From: Chloroflexota bacterium
Lineage (GTDB): Bacteria > Chloroflexota > Anaerolineae > JAAYEA01
NCBI GenBank assembly: GCA_019873665.1
Contig: JAIOAV010000005.1
Location: 1 to 64,000, forward strand
Direction of reading: 5' to 3'
Length of the DNA stretch: 64,000 nt
Shown here: piece after piece, positions 29,840-42,325 of the stretch
How positions within the stretch are numbered: position 1 is the first letter of the stretch
Layout of the letters: every line of letters starts with the position of its first letter
The notes under the pieces: model-generated
The model's input: the letters and a program-made list of their open reading frames with translations, nothing else
What the model was told of the DNA's origin: nothing
Database searches by the model: none
Position numbers and translations under genes: made by a program

Positions 29840-31582
29840 CTACCTCCCGCCCCGGGTTCCCGTGCTATGCGCCGCCTTTCGCGCCAGGCGTTCTTGTAGC
29901 GCCCGTAGGGGCAGCGTATTCACCACGTCGGAGAGCGTCGCCCAACCGCGTCGCGCTGTAGCTACACCGTAGCCGATAGCGCCCAGGCTCGGGGCGCTGT
30001 GCGCGTCGCTGTTGATGGCGATCTGCACGCCCTGTTCGATGGCGCGACGGATGTGCACGTCATCCAGGTCCAGGCGGTTCGGGATGCTGTTCACCTCCAG
30101 GATCGTGCCGGTCTCTGCCGCCGCCTGAATCAGCGCCTCCAGATTCACCGCGCTCGCCTCCCGTTGCCCCAGGATGCGCCCGGAAGGATGCGCGAGGATA
30201 TCCACATGGGGGTTACGCATCGCCTGAATCACGCGCGCTGTGATCTGCGTCTCATCCTGCCGCAGGCCAGAGTGGAGCGACGCGACCACCACATCAAGCT
30301 GGGCTAGCATCTCGTCCGTAAAGTCCAACGTACCATCCATACGGATCTCGACCTCGACCCCCTGCAGGATGCGCAGGTTAGGGTATTGCGCCTGCCAGCA
30401 CGCGATCTCCGCGCGCTGAGCCTGGAGCCGCTCCCAACTCTGCCCATTGGCGATGGTCAACCCCTCCGAGTGATCGGAGATGGCGATATAGTCATACCCA
30501 AACTCGCTGGCGGCGCGGATCATCTCCTCGACAGAGCTGAGGCCGTCGCTCCAGTCGGTGTGCATATGAAGGTCGCCCTTCAGGTCCGCCGCGCTGACCA
30601 GGCGCGGCAAACGCCCTTCGCGCGCCGCCTCCAGCTCGCCGCGGTCCTCCCGCAGTTCTGGCGGGATCCAGGGCAACCCCAGAAGCTGGTACACCTCTAC
30701 TTCGGTGGAGCAGAGTATCTCCTCATCGCCTCGCCTGAAACCATACTCGCTGAGGCTCAAGCCCTCCCTTTGCGCGATTTCACGCAACCGGACATTGTGC
30801 GCCTGGCTGCCGGTGAAATACTGCAGCGCCGAGCCCCAGTGATGTGGTTGCACTACGCGCAAGTCCACCTGCAGGCCGGCCTGCAACATGACGCTGACCT
30901 TGGTGGGACCCTGGGCGATGACACTGGCCACCAGCGGCAGATGAGCGAAAGCCTCAGTCACGGCAGCAGTATCCGCCGCCGCGGCAAGCAGGTCAATGTC
31001 GCCGATAGTGGGAGACATGCGCCGCAGGCTGCCCGCCGTCTCGATCTGCTCTAGCGGGATCGCCGCCCGGAGCTGAGCGATTAGCTCTTGCGCGATGGGC
31101 CAGGCGGTGCCGAGTAGCACGCGCGACGAACGGCGACCCGCCGCCTCGATGCCCTGTAGAATTCTTTGCTCGGTGCGCTCGCCCATGCCGGGCAAGTGGC
31201 GCAACCGTCCCTCGCGTGCCGCTGTCTCCACATCCGTCAGGGTGAGGAGGCCTTGCTCCAGAAAGAGCGCGGCGGTCTTGGGACCAACGCCGGGGATATC
31301 GAGCAGCGCGGTTACACTGGGCGGGATCTCTTCCTTGAGCTTTTCATAGTAGGCCAATCGCCCGGTGCGGAGCAGCTCGTCCAGCTTCTTGGCAAGCGCC
31401 GGGCCAATGCCCGGGATGGTGCGCAGCTTTTTCTCCCGCCAGATCTCCTCGACCCCCTGGCCGAGCGCCTCGATACTATCGGCAGCGCGGCGGTATGCCA
31501 GGCTCTTGTAGACTGTCTCCCCCTTGATCTCCAGCATACGCGCGATCTGCCGCAGCAGATCGGCGATCTCTTTGTTGGTCAT
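29840..31582 (-). CDS. polX: DNA polymerase/3'-5' exonuclease PolX (Pol beta-like domain + PHP domain)
   Basis: [22 protein letters not shown]… (HhH), GSLRR…GDIDLL nucleotidyltransferase motif, C-terminal PHP ([12 protein letters not shown]…DHSEG…); the 878-aa ORF in the track has a spurious ~300-aa N-terminal extension. Confidence 0.88.
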   Translation of the reverse strand: MTNKEIADLLRQIARMLEIKGETVYKSLAYRRAADSIEALGQGVEEIWREKKLRTIPGIGPALAKKLDELLRTGRLAYYEKLKEEIPPSVTALLDIPGVGPKTAALFLEQGLLTLTDVETAAREGRLRHLPGMGERTEQRILQGIEAAGRRSSRVLLGTAWPIAQELIAQLRAAIPLEQIETAGSLRRMSPTIGDIDLLAAAADTAAVTEAFAHLPLVASVIAQGPTKVSVMLQAGLQVDLRVVQPHHWGSALQYFTGSQAHNVRLREIAQREGLSLSEYGFRRGDEEILCSTEVEVYQLLGLPWIPPELREDRGELEAAREGRLPRLVSAADLKGDLHMHTDWSDGLSSVEEMIRAASEFGYDYIAISDHSEGLTIANGQSWERLQAQRAEIACWQAQYPNLRILQGVEVEIRMDGTLDFTDEMLAQLDVVVASLHSGLRQDETQITARVIQAMRNPHVDILAHPSGRILGQREASAVNLEALIQAAAETGTILEVNSIPNRLDLDDVHIRRAIEQGVQIAINSDAHSAPSLGAIGYGVATARRGWATLSDVVNTLPLRALQERLARKAAHSTGTRGGR

Positions 31583-31807
31583 CGCAGGCCTCTTCTCATA
31601 CGACTCGGCTGCTTGTAGTATAACCTGTCCCGGGGGAGTGTCAACGGCGCTGGCCGTGGCCACAATCTCGAACGCGCATCGCTTTGCCCCAGCAGCACCG
31701 TGGTGGTATAATACCGCTGCTGATTGGCAGGTCAACGAGGACAGCGGGCAGTGAGGGCGTCCCACTTGGCCGCCCTCTCTTTGTGCAAACCTCAACAGGA
31801 GGGCTGT

Positions 31808-32611
31808 GTGTTTCACGCCATCGTCTGCATCAAACAGGTGCCGGAAACAACCGAAGTTCAGATCAACCCCGAGACCAATACCCTGGTGCGCGAGGGGGTC
31901 AAGGGGATCATCAATCCCTTCGACACCTACGCCATCGAGGAGGCGATCCGCTGGAAGGAAAAGCTCGGCGGCAAGGTAACCGTCATCTCGATGGGGCCGC
32001 CGCAAGCGATGGACGCGCTGAAGGAGGCGGTGGCAATGGGGTGCGACGCGGCGGTGCTCTTGAGCGACCGGGCGTTTGCCGGCGCGGATACATGGGCTAC
32101 CGCCTACACGCTCTCTCAGGCGATCCGCAGGCTGGGCGATTTCGACCTCATCCTCTGCGGCAAGCAAGCCATTGACGGCGACACCGGTCAGGTCGGGCCG
32201 GGCATCGCGCGCCAACTGGGCATCCCACAGCTCACATACGTTTCCAAGATCCCGGAGCTGCACTTGAAGCAGCGCGCCATCCGCGTGGAGCGGTTGCTCG
32301 AGGAAGGACGCGAGATGGTAACCAGCACGCTGCCGGCGCTGGTGACGGTCGTGAAGGACATCAACCAGCCGCGCTACCCGACGGTGTTGGGCATCCGCCG
32401 CGCCACGCGCCTGACGATCCCCATCTGGACCGCCGCCGATCTGGAGGGGGCCGACCCGAGCAAGTTCGGCCTGCAAGGCTCGCCCACGCAGGTGATCCGC
32501 ATCTTCACGCCGCCGCCACGTGCCGCTGTCTGCGAGATGATCGCTGCCGAGTCGGCAGAAGAGGCTGCGGCCGCGCTGGTGGAGCGCCTGCTAGCGGAAA
32601 AGGTGTTCTAA
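31808..32611 (+). CDS. etfB: Electron transfer flavoprotein beta subunit
   Basis: (M)FHAIVCIKQVPET…VREGVKGIINPFDTYAIEEA… classic EtfB N-terminus; GTG start with RBS caggaggg; tataat -10 ~95 nt upstream. Confidence 0.85.
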   Translation: MFHAIVCIKQVPETTEVQINPETNTLVREGVKGIINPFDTYAIEEAIRWKEKLGGKVTVISMGPPQAMDALKEAVAMGCDAAVLLSDRAFAGADTWATAYTLSQAIRRLGDFDLILCGKQAIDGDTGQVGPGIARQLGIPQLTYVSKIPELHLKQRAIRVERLLEEGREMVTSTLPALVTVVKDINQPRYPTVLGIRRATRLTIPIWTAADLEGADPSKFGLQGSPTQVIRIFTPPPRAAVCEMIAAESAEEAAAALVERLLAEKVF

Positions 32612-32621
32612 GGAGGAGCGG

Positions 32622-33818
32622 ATGCCATTGCTGCAAGTTCTCGCCGACAAGTGCATTGGTTGCGGGGCATGTGTTGAGACATGCCACTTTGGCGCGCTGG
32701 CGATGGTCAACGACGTCGCCGTGGTGAACGAGGCATGCACTGCCTGCGGCGCGTGCCTGGAGGCATGTCCGGCGGAAGCGCTGGTCTTGGAGCGGCCCAC
32801 GGCCACACCTGGCGACAAGCTGGACAGCTATCGTGGCGTGTGGGTGTGGATCGAGCAGTTTGACGGGGAGGCAGGCAGCATCTCTTGGGAGATGATGGGG
32901 CAGGCGCGCCGGCTCGCCGATGAGCTGGGCAGTCCGGTTACCGCCTGCGTCCTGGGGAGCAACGTGCGCCATATCGCGCAGGAGGCGATCGCGTTTGGCG
33001 CGGATCGCGTCTTTCTCGCCGACGATCCGACGCTGGCCACCTACCGCACGGAACCGTACAATCGCGTGCTGGTATCGCTGGTGCGTGAGCACCGACCGGA
33101 GATACTCCTTCTGGGAGCAAGCGCCCGCGGGCGTGATCTGGCCGGCGCCATCGCCACCGAGATCAACACCGGCCTCACCGCCGATTGCACCGGCCTGGAA
33201 ATTGACCCGGAGACGCGGCTGCTGCGGCAGACCCGCCCCGCGTTTGGTGGCAACATTATGGCCACTATCCTCTGCCCCAACCACCGCCCGCAGATGGCAA
33301 CCGTGCGTCATCGCGTGTTCGAGATGCCGACACCCGACCCAACGCGCCAGGGACAGATCATAGACATCTCGGCAGCTCTGCGAGAGGAAGAGATCGCCAC
33401 CAAGGTGGTTGGTTTCATCCGCGAAGAGGGTGAGGTGAATGTGGCCGACGCCAAGATCATCGTCTCTGGTGGCAGGGGCGTGGGCGGACCGGAGGGCTTT
33501 GCGCCGCTGCGCGAGTTGGCCCAGGTCCTGGGGGGCGCGGTGGGCGCATCCCGCGCCGCCGTGGACGCGGGCTGGATCCCGTATCCGCACCAGGTGGGGC
33601 AGACGGGCCGCACCGTCCGCCCCGATGTGTACATCGCCTGCGGCATTTCGGGCGCGATCCAGCATCTGGCCGGGATGCAGACCTCCAAGATCATCGTCGC
33701 CATCAACCGTGACCCGGAGGCCCCGATCTTTGGCGTCGCCACATACGGCGTGGTGGGCGACGTGGCCAAGATCGTTCCCGAGCTGACCAAACAGATCAAG
33801 AGCAAACTGGGGCGCTAA
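32622..33818 (+). CDS. etfA: Electron transfer flavoprotein alpha subunit with N-terminal 2x[4Fe-4S] ferredoxin domain
   Basis: N-terminal [11 protein letters not shown]…[12 protein letters not shown], followed by a full EtfA (FAD-binding …[12 protein letters not shown]…). Confidence 0.85.
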   Translation: MPLLQVLADKCIGCGACVETCHFGALAMVNDVAVVNEACTACGACLEACPAEALVLERPTATPGDKLDSYRGVWVWIEQFDGEAGSISWEMMGQARRLADELGSPVTACVLGSNVRHIAQEAIAFGADRVFLADDPTLATYRTEPYNRVLVSLVREHRPEILLLGASARGRDLAGAIATEINTGLTADCTGLEIDPETRLLRQTRPAFGGNIMATILCPNHRPQMATVRHRVFEMPTPDPTRQGQIIDISAALREEEIATKVVGFIREEGEVNVADAKIIVSGGRGVGGPEGFAPLRELAQVLGGAVGASRAAVDAGWIPYPHQVGQTGRTVRPDVYIACGISGAIQHLAGMQTSKIIVAINRDPEAPIFGVATYGVVGDVAKIVPELTKQIKSKLGR

Positions 33819-33901
33819 GCGAGCGTTTTCGCCAGCAGGCGCTACGCTATCAGCGCATAATCGGCATTTCCATCCCAAAGGCGCAGATGGAGGAGAGACA
33901 T

Positions 33902-35119
<1,218 letters not shown>

Positions 35120-35127
35120 GGTGGGGC

Positions 35128-36254
<1,127 letters not shown>

Positions 36255-36264
<10 letters not shown>

Positions 36265-37595
36265 GCCGCACCACGTATCTGGATGAAAAGCAGCTCCCCT
36301 TCTCTTTCTGCCCCGGCTGCGGTCATGCGCTGACCGTCAGAGCGCTCGATGCTGCGTTGGTCAAGCTGCAACTCGACCCGCACGAGGTCGTCATCGTTAC
36401 GGATATCGGTTGCGCCGGGTTGGCGGATCGTTTCTTTGCCACGAATGCGTTTCATGGCCTGCACGGGCGCGCCGTAACCTATGCCACCGGCATCAAGCTG
36501 GCCAACCCGTCGCTCAAGTTGATCGTCATCATGGGCGACGGTGGCTGCGGCATCGGCGGGCACCACGTGATCAGCGCCGCGCGGCGCAACATAGGCCTCA
36601 CCGTCATCGTCATGAACAACCTGAATTTTGGCATGACCGGCGGCGAGCATTCGGTAACGACGCCCACCAATGCCATCACAGCGACCACATGGCACGGTCA
36701 TCTGGAGCGCCCGCTGGATATCGCCACCACTGCGGCCAGCAACGGCGCCACCTATGTCGTCCGCACGACGGCGTTCGACAAAGCGCTGCCCGATCTGATA
36801 GCGGCGGCGATCGCGAACGAGGGTTTCGGCCTGCTGGACGTATGGGAGCTATGCACCGCTTACTTTCAGCCAAGCAACCGCTACGCGCGGCGCGAACTGG
36901 AGGCGGCAGTGGCAGCGATGCCCGGCGGCGCGGGCGTCTTGCATCAGGAGACACGGCCCGAATACAGCCGCGCCTATCGCGCAACCTGCGTCAGCGAGAG
37001 CAGACGCCCTGCCCTCGCGCCATTGCCGCTCGCGGCCAAGTATGATCACACCATCACCCGCCCGCTCAAAGGGGTGATCGCCGGCGCAGCAGGCGCCAAG
37101 ATCGTGTCCACTGCGACGGCCTATGCGCGCGGCGGCGTCCTGTCCGGGTTGTGGGCCACGCAGCGCAACGACTACCCGGTCACAGTGCGCACCGGCTATT
37201 CGGTGTCCGAGGTGATCCTAAGTCCGGAAGAGATTTTCTATCCGGGCATTGCCAGGCCGGATTTTGTCATCATCCTGTTCCCGGAGGGGCTAACGCCTAT
37301 GGTGCGGGCGCAGTTGGCACAGATGGGCGAGGCGGACACAGTGTATGCCGACCAGAGGCTGCTGCCACTGCCCACGCGGGCGCGCATCGTGCCGCTGGAT
37401 TTTGCCCGCGCCAGAATCAGGGCCTGCAAGGAGAACATGGCGATCATGGCCGTAAGCGAGCTGCTGCGCCATCAGGCCATCTACCCGCTGGATGCGCTGG
37501 TGGAGGCCATCCATCTGGGGCAACGCGCCGAATACGCCGCCGAGAATATCGCCGCCGTGCAGGCGTGCGAGGGGATCATGCTGTGCGACGGCTAG
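36255..37595 (+). CDS. korB: 2-oxoacid:ferredoxin oxidoreductase beta subunit (TPP-binding) fused to a gamma-subunit-like C-terminal domain
   Basis: TPP-binding GDGG motif and Cys ligands (FCPGCGH…DIGCAG…), then ~170-aa C-terminal domain resembling the Por/Kor gamma subunit (…RTGYSVSEVILSPEEIFYPGIARPDFVIIL…). Confidence 0.75.
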
Positions 37596-37614
37596 CTGCC
37601 CGGCTGAACCTGAT

Positions 37615-37783
37615 GTCATTGCGAGGAAGCGAAGCGACCAAAGCAATCTCCAACCGCAGTACAGGAGATTGTTTCGCAAATCGCGCTCACAATGACAGCG
37701 CCAGCGTCATTGCCTCGGGGGCGAAGCCCCCGAAGCAATCCCCTTCCAGCAGGAGATTGCTCCGCCGCTGCGCCCGCAATGAC
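37615..37783. repeat. Two tandem ~80-nt imperfect palindromic hairpin units (REP-like element) between kor and mocA genes
   Basis: Unit 1 (37615-37696) and unit 2 (37706-37783) both start gtcattgc and end (g/c)caatgac and contain an inner inverted repeat agcaatc(t/c)cc–N8-12–ggagattg. Confidence 0.65.
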
Positions 37784-37848
37784 GGACTGTGTTGGTCAAC
37801 ATCTGTTTGCTTTCTCCATAGGCATGAGGAATTGCGAAGGAGGAGGAG

Positions 37849-38877
37849 ATGAGACGAATCGGCATCATCGGGGCTGGGACAATGGGGAGGTGGCACGCGC
37901 AACGGTGGGCCGCCTTGATCAGACGCGGCGCGCCGGCGCAACTGGCCGGCTTTTTCGACATGGACGTAACGACGGCGGAGAGCGCCGCCGCCCAATACGG
38001 CGGTCGCGCCTTTGCCTCGCAGGATGCACTCTTTGCCGACGTTGACACGGTGATCGTTACTACACCGACTCCCACACACCGCGACGTAGTTGTGGCGGCG
38101 GCAGCACGGGGCAAGGACATCTTTTGCGAAAAGCCGATGGCGCGCCACCAGAAGGATTGTCGCGATATGATCGCCGCCTGCGCCGCGTCCGGCTCGCGCC
38201 TCTTTGTCGGGCAGGTGGTGCGCTTCTTTCCCGAGTTCGCCCGCGCACACGAGGTTCTGGCACGCGGCGATATCGGCCAGCCTGGTGTCATCCGCACGAC
38301 GCGGGGCGGCAGCCATCCCAAAACAGGCCGCAACTGGTATGCGAATTATGAACAGAGCGGCGGCGTGATCCTGGACCTGGCGATTCACGACCTGGACTAT
38401 GTGCGATGGTGCTGCGGCGATGTGGAGCGCGTCTATGCGCAGGGGTTGATGCATGCCGGCCTGCCACAGACCGATTACGCGCTTATCTCCCTCCGCTTCA
38501 AGAGCGGCGCAGTGGGCCATGTCGAGGCGAGCTGGGCGTATCCGCCGGGCAAATTCATTACGCGCCTAGAGATCGCCGGCGTGAGCGGTCTCATCGAGTT
38601 CAACAGCGAGCGGATGACGCCGCTGCAAGTGTGGGCGCAGGCCGAGGCACAGGGACAGGGTCCCAGCGTCACCATCCCGGAAAGCCCGCTGGCCGAGGAG
38701 GATGACCCGTACTACCGGGAGGACAAACACTTTCTGGATTGCCTGATCAGCGGCGAGCCGTTCATGATCCAGCCAGAAGATGGCATGGCGGCGGTAGAGG
38801 TCGCCCTGGCTGCCATCCACTCTTTGCGCACCGGCAAGCCTGTTCCGCTGGATTCCTTCGAGGAGGTGCTGCCATGA
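37849..38877 (+). CDS. Gfo/Idh/MocA-family NAD(P)-dependent oxidoreductase
   Basis: Rossmann motif IGIIGAGTMG, EKP motif (FCEKPMA), C-terminal alpha/beta domain. Confidence 0.8.
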   Translation: MRRIGIIGAGTMGRWHAQRWAALIRRGAPAQLAGFFDMDVTTAESAAAQYGGRAFASQDALFADVDTVIVTTPTPTHRDVVVAAAARGKDIFCEKPMARHQKDCRDMIAACAASGSRLFVGQVVRFFPEFARAHEVLARGDIGQPGVIRTTRGGSHPKTGRNWYANYEQSGGVILDLAIHDLDYVRWCCGDVERVYAQGLMHAGLPQTDYALISLRFKSGAVGHVEASWAYPPGKFITRLEIAGVSGLIEFNSERMTPLQVWAQAEAQGQGPSVTIPESPLAEEDDPYYREDKHFLDCLISGEPFMIQPEDGMAAVEVALAAIHSLRTGKPVPLDSFEEVLP

Positions 38878-39872
38878 AGATCGGCTTGCTCAGCTTTGCC
38901 CATATGCACGCCAGCAGCTATGCCGCCTGCCTGAAGCGGATTCCGGGGGTCGAGATCGTGGGCATCGCCGACGATAACGCCGCGCGTGGTCAGGCTGCGG
39001 CGGCCCAGTTCGCCACCCGCTACTATGCCGACCCGCAGGAACTGCTGGCACAAGGGCTGGATGGCGTCATCGTCTGTTCAGAGAACAGCACGCATCTGAT
39101 GTGGGTACAACTTGCCGTCGGGCGTGTGCCGTATCTGCTGTGCGAAAAGCCGATCGCTGCCACGCTGGCAGATGGCCGCGCCATCATCGCCATGTGCGCG
39201 CAACGTGGCACCAAGCTACAAATTGCCTTTCCCGTGCGCTTCAGCCCGCCGGTGCGCCGCGCCAAAGAGATGCTGGACCAGGGCAGACTGGGGCGCATCT
39301 ATGGCGTCAAGACGACGAATCACGGCTACATGCCCGGCGGTTGGTTCATCCAGAAGGAACTATCCGGCGGTGGCGCGGTCATTGACCATACGGTGCACGT
39401 GATTGATGTGTTGCGCTGGTTCTGGAACACTGAGGTCACCGAGGTGTATGCTGAGGTCGGCTTTGATCTTATCCATCCGGGACTGGGCATTGACGATGTG
39501 GGCCTTCTGTCGTTCAAGCTGGCAAACGGCGCTTTTGGCACGCTGGACACCAGTTGGTCCCGCCCCAAAAGCTATGCCACATGGGGCGATGTAACGCTGG
39601 AGATCGTCGGCGAAAAGGGCACGCTCCTGATAGACGCCTTCGCCCAGCACATTGACGTCTACAGCGACGCGGTGGGCAAAGGGCAATGGGCCGGCTGGGG
39701 CAGCGACATTGACCTGGGGCTGATCCGCGATTTCACCGACGCCATCGCCACAGGCCGCGAGCCATCCATCACTGGCGAAGATGGGCTGCGTGCGCTGGAG
39801 GTGGCGCTGGCGGCATATCGTTCCGCAGAGACAGGGCAGCCAGTCAAGTTGCCGCTGCAAGGGGCCGCCTAG
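38874..39872 (+). CDS. Gfo/Idh/MocA-family NAD(P)-dependent oxidoreductase (second paralog)
   Basis: MKIGLLSFAHMHA…LCEKPIA…; ATGA start/stop overlap with the upstream gene. Confidence 0.8.
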   Translation: MKIGLLSFAHMHASSYAACLKRIPGVEIVGIADDNAARGQAAAAQFATRYYADPQELLAQGLDGVIVCSENSTHLMWVQLAVGRVPYLLCEKPIAATLADGRAIIAMCAQRGTKLQIAFPVRFSPPVRRAKEMLDQGRLGRIYGVKTTNHGYMPGGWFIQKELSGGGAVIDHTVHVIDVLRWFWNTEVTEVYAEVGFDLIHPGLGIDDVGLLSFKLANGAFGTLDTSWSRPKSYATWGDVTLEIVGEKGTLLIDAFAQHIDVYSDAVGKGQWAGWGSDIDLGLIRDFTDAIATGREPSITGEDGLRALEVALAAYRSAETGQPVKLPLQGAA

Positions 39873-39926
39873 ATCGCACTGACACGAAAGGAACTAACAA
39901 TCGGGTTCGATCCGATCTCGCACAAC

Positions 39927-40775
39927 ATGCGCGACTCATGGCGAGTGCGCGAGGCGCATTTTCCGCTGCAAGTGCGCTTCGTGCGCCCACACAAGACAGC
40001 CGCTATCAGCGTTACTGGTGTGTCTTGCGCGCTGCACTGCGCGCATTGCGACGGGCGCTATCTGCGCGGCATGATGCCGCTGTCGTCGGCTGACGTGCGC
40101 GATGCCCGCAGTTGCCTCATCTCTGGCGGCTGCGACTTACAGGGGCGTGTGCCGCTCCTGCCGCATTTGCCGCAGATCGTGGCATTGCGTGAGGGTCGGC
40201 GGCTTAACTGGCACGTCGGATTGGCCGACGAGGAGACGATCCGTGCCATCGCGCCGTATGCCGACGTGGTGTCGTTTGACATCGTCGGCGACGACGCGAC
40301 GATCCGCGAGGTGTATGGTCTGTCGGCCACGGTCCCCGACTACTGGCGCACGTATGACCTGCTGCGGCGCTATGCGCGCGTCGTCGTGCCGCATATCACC
40401 ATCGGCTTGCGCGGCGGTCGCATCTCTGGGGAGTATGCCGCGCTGGCCGAGCTGCAGCGACGCGGCGTGGAGACCGTCGTCTATCTCGTCCTGATCCCGA
40501 CGCGCGGGACGGCTTACGCCGAGTGCGCGCCCCCCACCCCGGAGATAGTGGGAGACGTTCTCACCGCGGCGCGCTGCGCGCTGCCAGAGACGGCGCTGTA
40601 TCTCGGCTGTATGCGCCCCGGCGGGAGTTATCGCGATCGTGTGGACGCGATAGCCTTACACGCCGGCGTGAACGCCATTGTCAACCCCGCGCCCGGCGCG
40701 GTGGCGCTGGCGGCAGAGCTGGGGCTGCGCGTGGTGTGGGATGACGAGTGCTGCGTGTTTGAGAATGTCAAATAG
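39927..40775 (+). CDS. Radical SAM protein (biotin-synthase-like; candidate LipS-type lipoyl synthase subunit)
   Basis: CxxxCxxC motif CALHCAHC near the N-terminus; ~280 aa; no LipA-type auxiliary CPNxxEC cluster motif. Confidence 0.6.
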   Translation: MRDSWRVREAHFPLQVRFVRPHKTAAISVTGVSCALHCAHCDGRYLRGMMPLSSADVRDARSCLISGGCDLQGRVPLLPHLPQIVALREGRRLNWHVGLADEETIRAIAPYADVVSFDIVGDDATIREVYGLSATVPDYWRTYDLLRRYARVVVPHITIGLRGGRISGEYAALAELQRRGVETVVYLVLIPTRGTAYAECAPPTPEIVGDVLTAARCALPETALYLGCMRPGGSYRDRVDAIALHAGVNAIVNPAPGAVALAAELGLRVVWDDECCVFENVK

Positions 40776-40790
40776 AAAGCGAGCCATCAT

Positions 40791-41819
40791 TTGGCGTTGG
40801 ACCACGTGAATACGGGCGATCTTGCAGATGCAGCACGTCTTGCGGATGCGATCAAGGTATCCATCGGCACGGCGGGCGTGCTCGGTCTGGCCGAGGTGGT
40901 GCAGCATGATCCGCCGACCACCGCCTATCTAATGGTCGGCGACAGGTGTGGCCGCGACTGCGCCTTTTGCGCCCAGGCGCGATCCAGCCGGGCGCGCGCT
41001 AACGCACTCTCGCGGGTGACCTGGCCACCCTATGATGCCGCCGAGACGGTGGCGCGACTCGCCGATGCTTACCTCGCGGGCCGTCTGCGACGCGCTTGCC
41101 TACAGGTTACAGCGACGCCGGACTCGCTGGCGCGAGCAGAAGAGATCGTGGCGCGCATCCGCGCCATGTCGAAGATCCCCATCTCCGCATCGGTGGCGCT
41201 GCGCCATGCGGAGGATGCGGCCCGGTTGTTCGCCGCGGGGGCGGATCGGCTGGCCCTGGCGCTGGATGCCGCCACGCCGGAGCTGTTCGAGCGGCTGAAA
41301 ACACCGGGCTGGCAGCGACAATGCAACCTGCTGGCGGAGCTGGCAGAGCGTTTTCCGGGCCGAATCAGCACCCACCTCATCGTCGGGCTGGGCGAGACCG
41401 AGGCCGATCTCGTGCGATGCTTTGCCTGGCTGACGGAACGCGGCATCTGCATCGGGCTTTTCGCCTTTACACCGGTGCCGGGCACTGCGCTCGCGGATCG
41501 TCTGCCGCCGGCGCTGGCCAGTTACCGCCGGGTGCAGGCGGCGCGCTGTCTTATCGCGCAAGGCAGGCTAGATGTGGCGCAGATGCGGTTTTCGTCGGAG
41601 GGGCAGATCGTCAGCTATGGCCTGTCATCGCGACAACTCGCTGCGCTGCTGGGCTCCGGTGACGCCTTTCGCACGGCCGGATGCCCTGACTGCAACCGGC
41701 CATACTATAATGAGCGGCCCGGCGGGGTGATGTACAACTATCCGCGGCCTCTGACGCCTCACGAGGTGCAGGAGGCCGTGGCAATCGTGCAGAGCGCGCT
41801 GACCACGCCAACGCCCTGA
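40791..41819 (+). CDS. Radical SAM protein (biotin-synthase-like; candidate LipS-type lipoyl synthase subunit)
   Basis: CxxxCxxC motif CGRDCAFC in a context similar to LipA (LMVGDRCGRDCAFCAQ); C-terminal CPDC pair; directly upstream of gcvH. Confidence 0.6.
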   Translation: MALDHVNTGDLADAARLADAIKVSIGTAGVLGLAEVVQHDPPTTAYLMVGDRCGRDCAFCAQARSSRARANALSRVTWPPYDAAETVARLADAYLAGRLRRACLQVTATPDSLARAEEIVARIRAMSKIPISASVALRHAEDAARLFAAGADRLALALDAATPELFERLKTPGWQRQCNLLAELAERFPGRISTHLIVGLGETEADLVRCFAWLTERGICIGLFAFTPVPGTALADRLPPALASYRRVQAARCLIAQGRLDVAQMRFSSEGQIVSYGLSSRQLAALLGSGDAFRTAGCPDCNRPYYNERPGGVMYNYPRPLTPHEVQEAVAIVQSALTTPTP

Positions 41820-41922
41820 GCGGGCAGCAGTAACCAGACGGATCACAACAAGGGGACCAACGCGTGATGCGGCCGCATCATGCGACACCCGCAAGATAAT
41901 CATCAAGAGGAGGAAGAACGAC

Positions 41923-42324
41923 ATGACCGTTTATCTGCCCGGTCTTCTGTACACCAAGACGCATGAATGGGTCAAGATCGAGCAAGAGGGGGACCAAGCC
42001 GTGGCCGTCAGCGGCATCTCCGACTATGCTCAGGAAGAGCTCAACGACGTGGTCTATGTTGAGCTACCAGAGGAGGGAGACGAGTTCGAGCAAGGGGAAA
42101 CATATGCGGTTATCGAGTCAGTCAAGGCCGCATCTGACATCCAGATGCCCCTGAGCGGCGAGATCATCGCCGTCAACCGTGCATTGGAGGACACCCCGCA
42201 ACTGGTCAACGAGGACCCCTATGGCCGGGGATGGATCATCAAGCTGCGTGTCCGCAACCAGAGCGAGGCAGATCAGTTGCTGGACGCCGCAGCGTATGAG
42301 GCGTTCATTGCCGAGGAGGGCTAA
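41923..42324 (+). CDS. gcvH: Glycine cleavage system H protein (lipoyl carrier)
   Basis: …YTKTHEWV…AVIESVKAASDIQMPLSGEI… with the lipoyl-lysine in ESVKA. Confidence 0.9.
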   Translation: MTVYLPGLLYTKTHEWVKIEQEGDQAVAVSGISDYAQEELNDVVYVELPEEGDEFEQGETYAVIESVKAASDIQMPLSGEIIAVNRALEDTPQLVNEDPYGRGWIIKLRVRNQSEADQLLDAAAYEAFIAEEG

Positions 42325-42325
42325 G

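Noticed and set aside
31583-32476. N-terminal ~300-aa extension of the PolX ORF (878 aa in the track)
   Set aside because: PolX homology begins at [10 protein letters not shown] (ATG at 31582). The extension overlaps the etfB gene on the other strand and is an open-frame artefact of high GC.
37151-38520. ORFs 37151-37852 (+) and 37687-38520 (-) from the six-frame track
   Set aside because: They overlap well-supported genes (korB C-terminus, the mocA-like gene) and the palindromic repeats, have Arg/Gly/Ala-rich composition typical of out-of-frame GC-rich translation, and show no motifs.
39873-39926. tRNA-like T-arm (atcgg-gttcgat-ccgat) between the mocA-like gene and the first radical SAM gene
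   Set aside because: No matching acceptor stem, D-arm or anticodon arm can be built from the upstream ~60 nt. The intergenic space is too short for a tRNA plus its flanks. It is likely a chance GTTCGATCC match.
39873-41922. Glycine riboswitch upstream of the gcv genes
   Set aside because: The intergenic regions before the first radical SAM gene (54 nt) and before gcvH (103 nt) are too short and lack the tandem-aptamer consensus.
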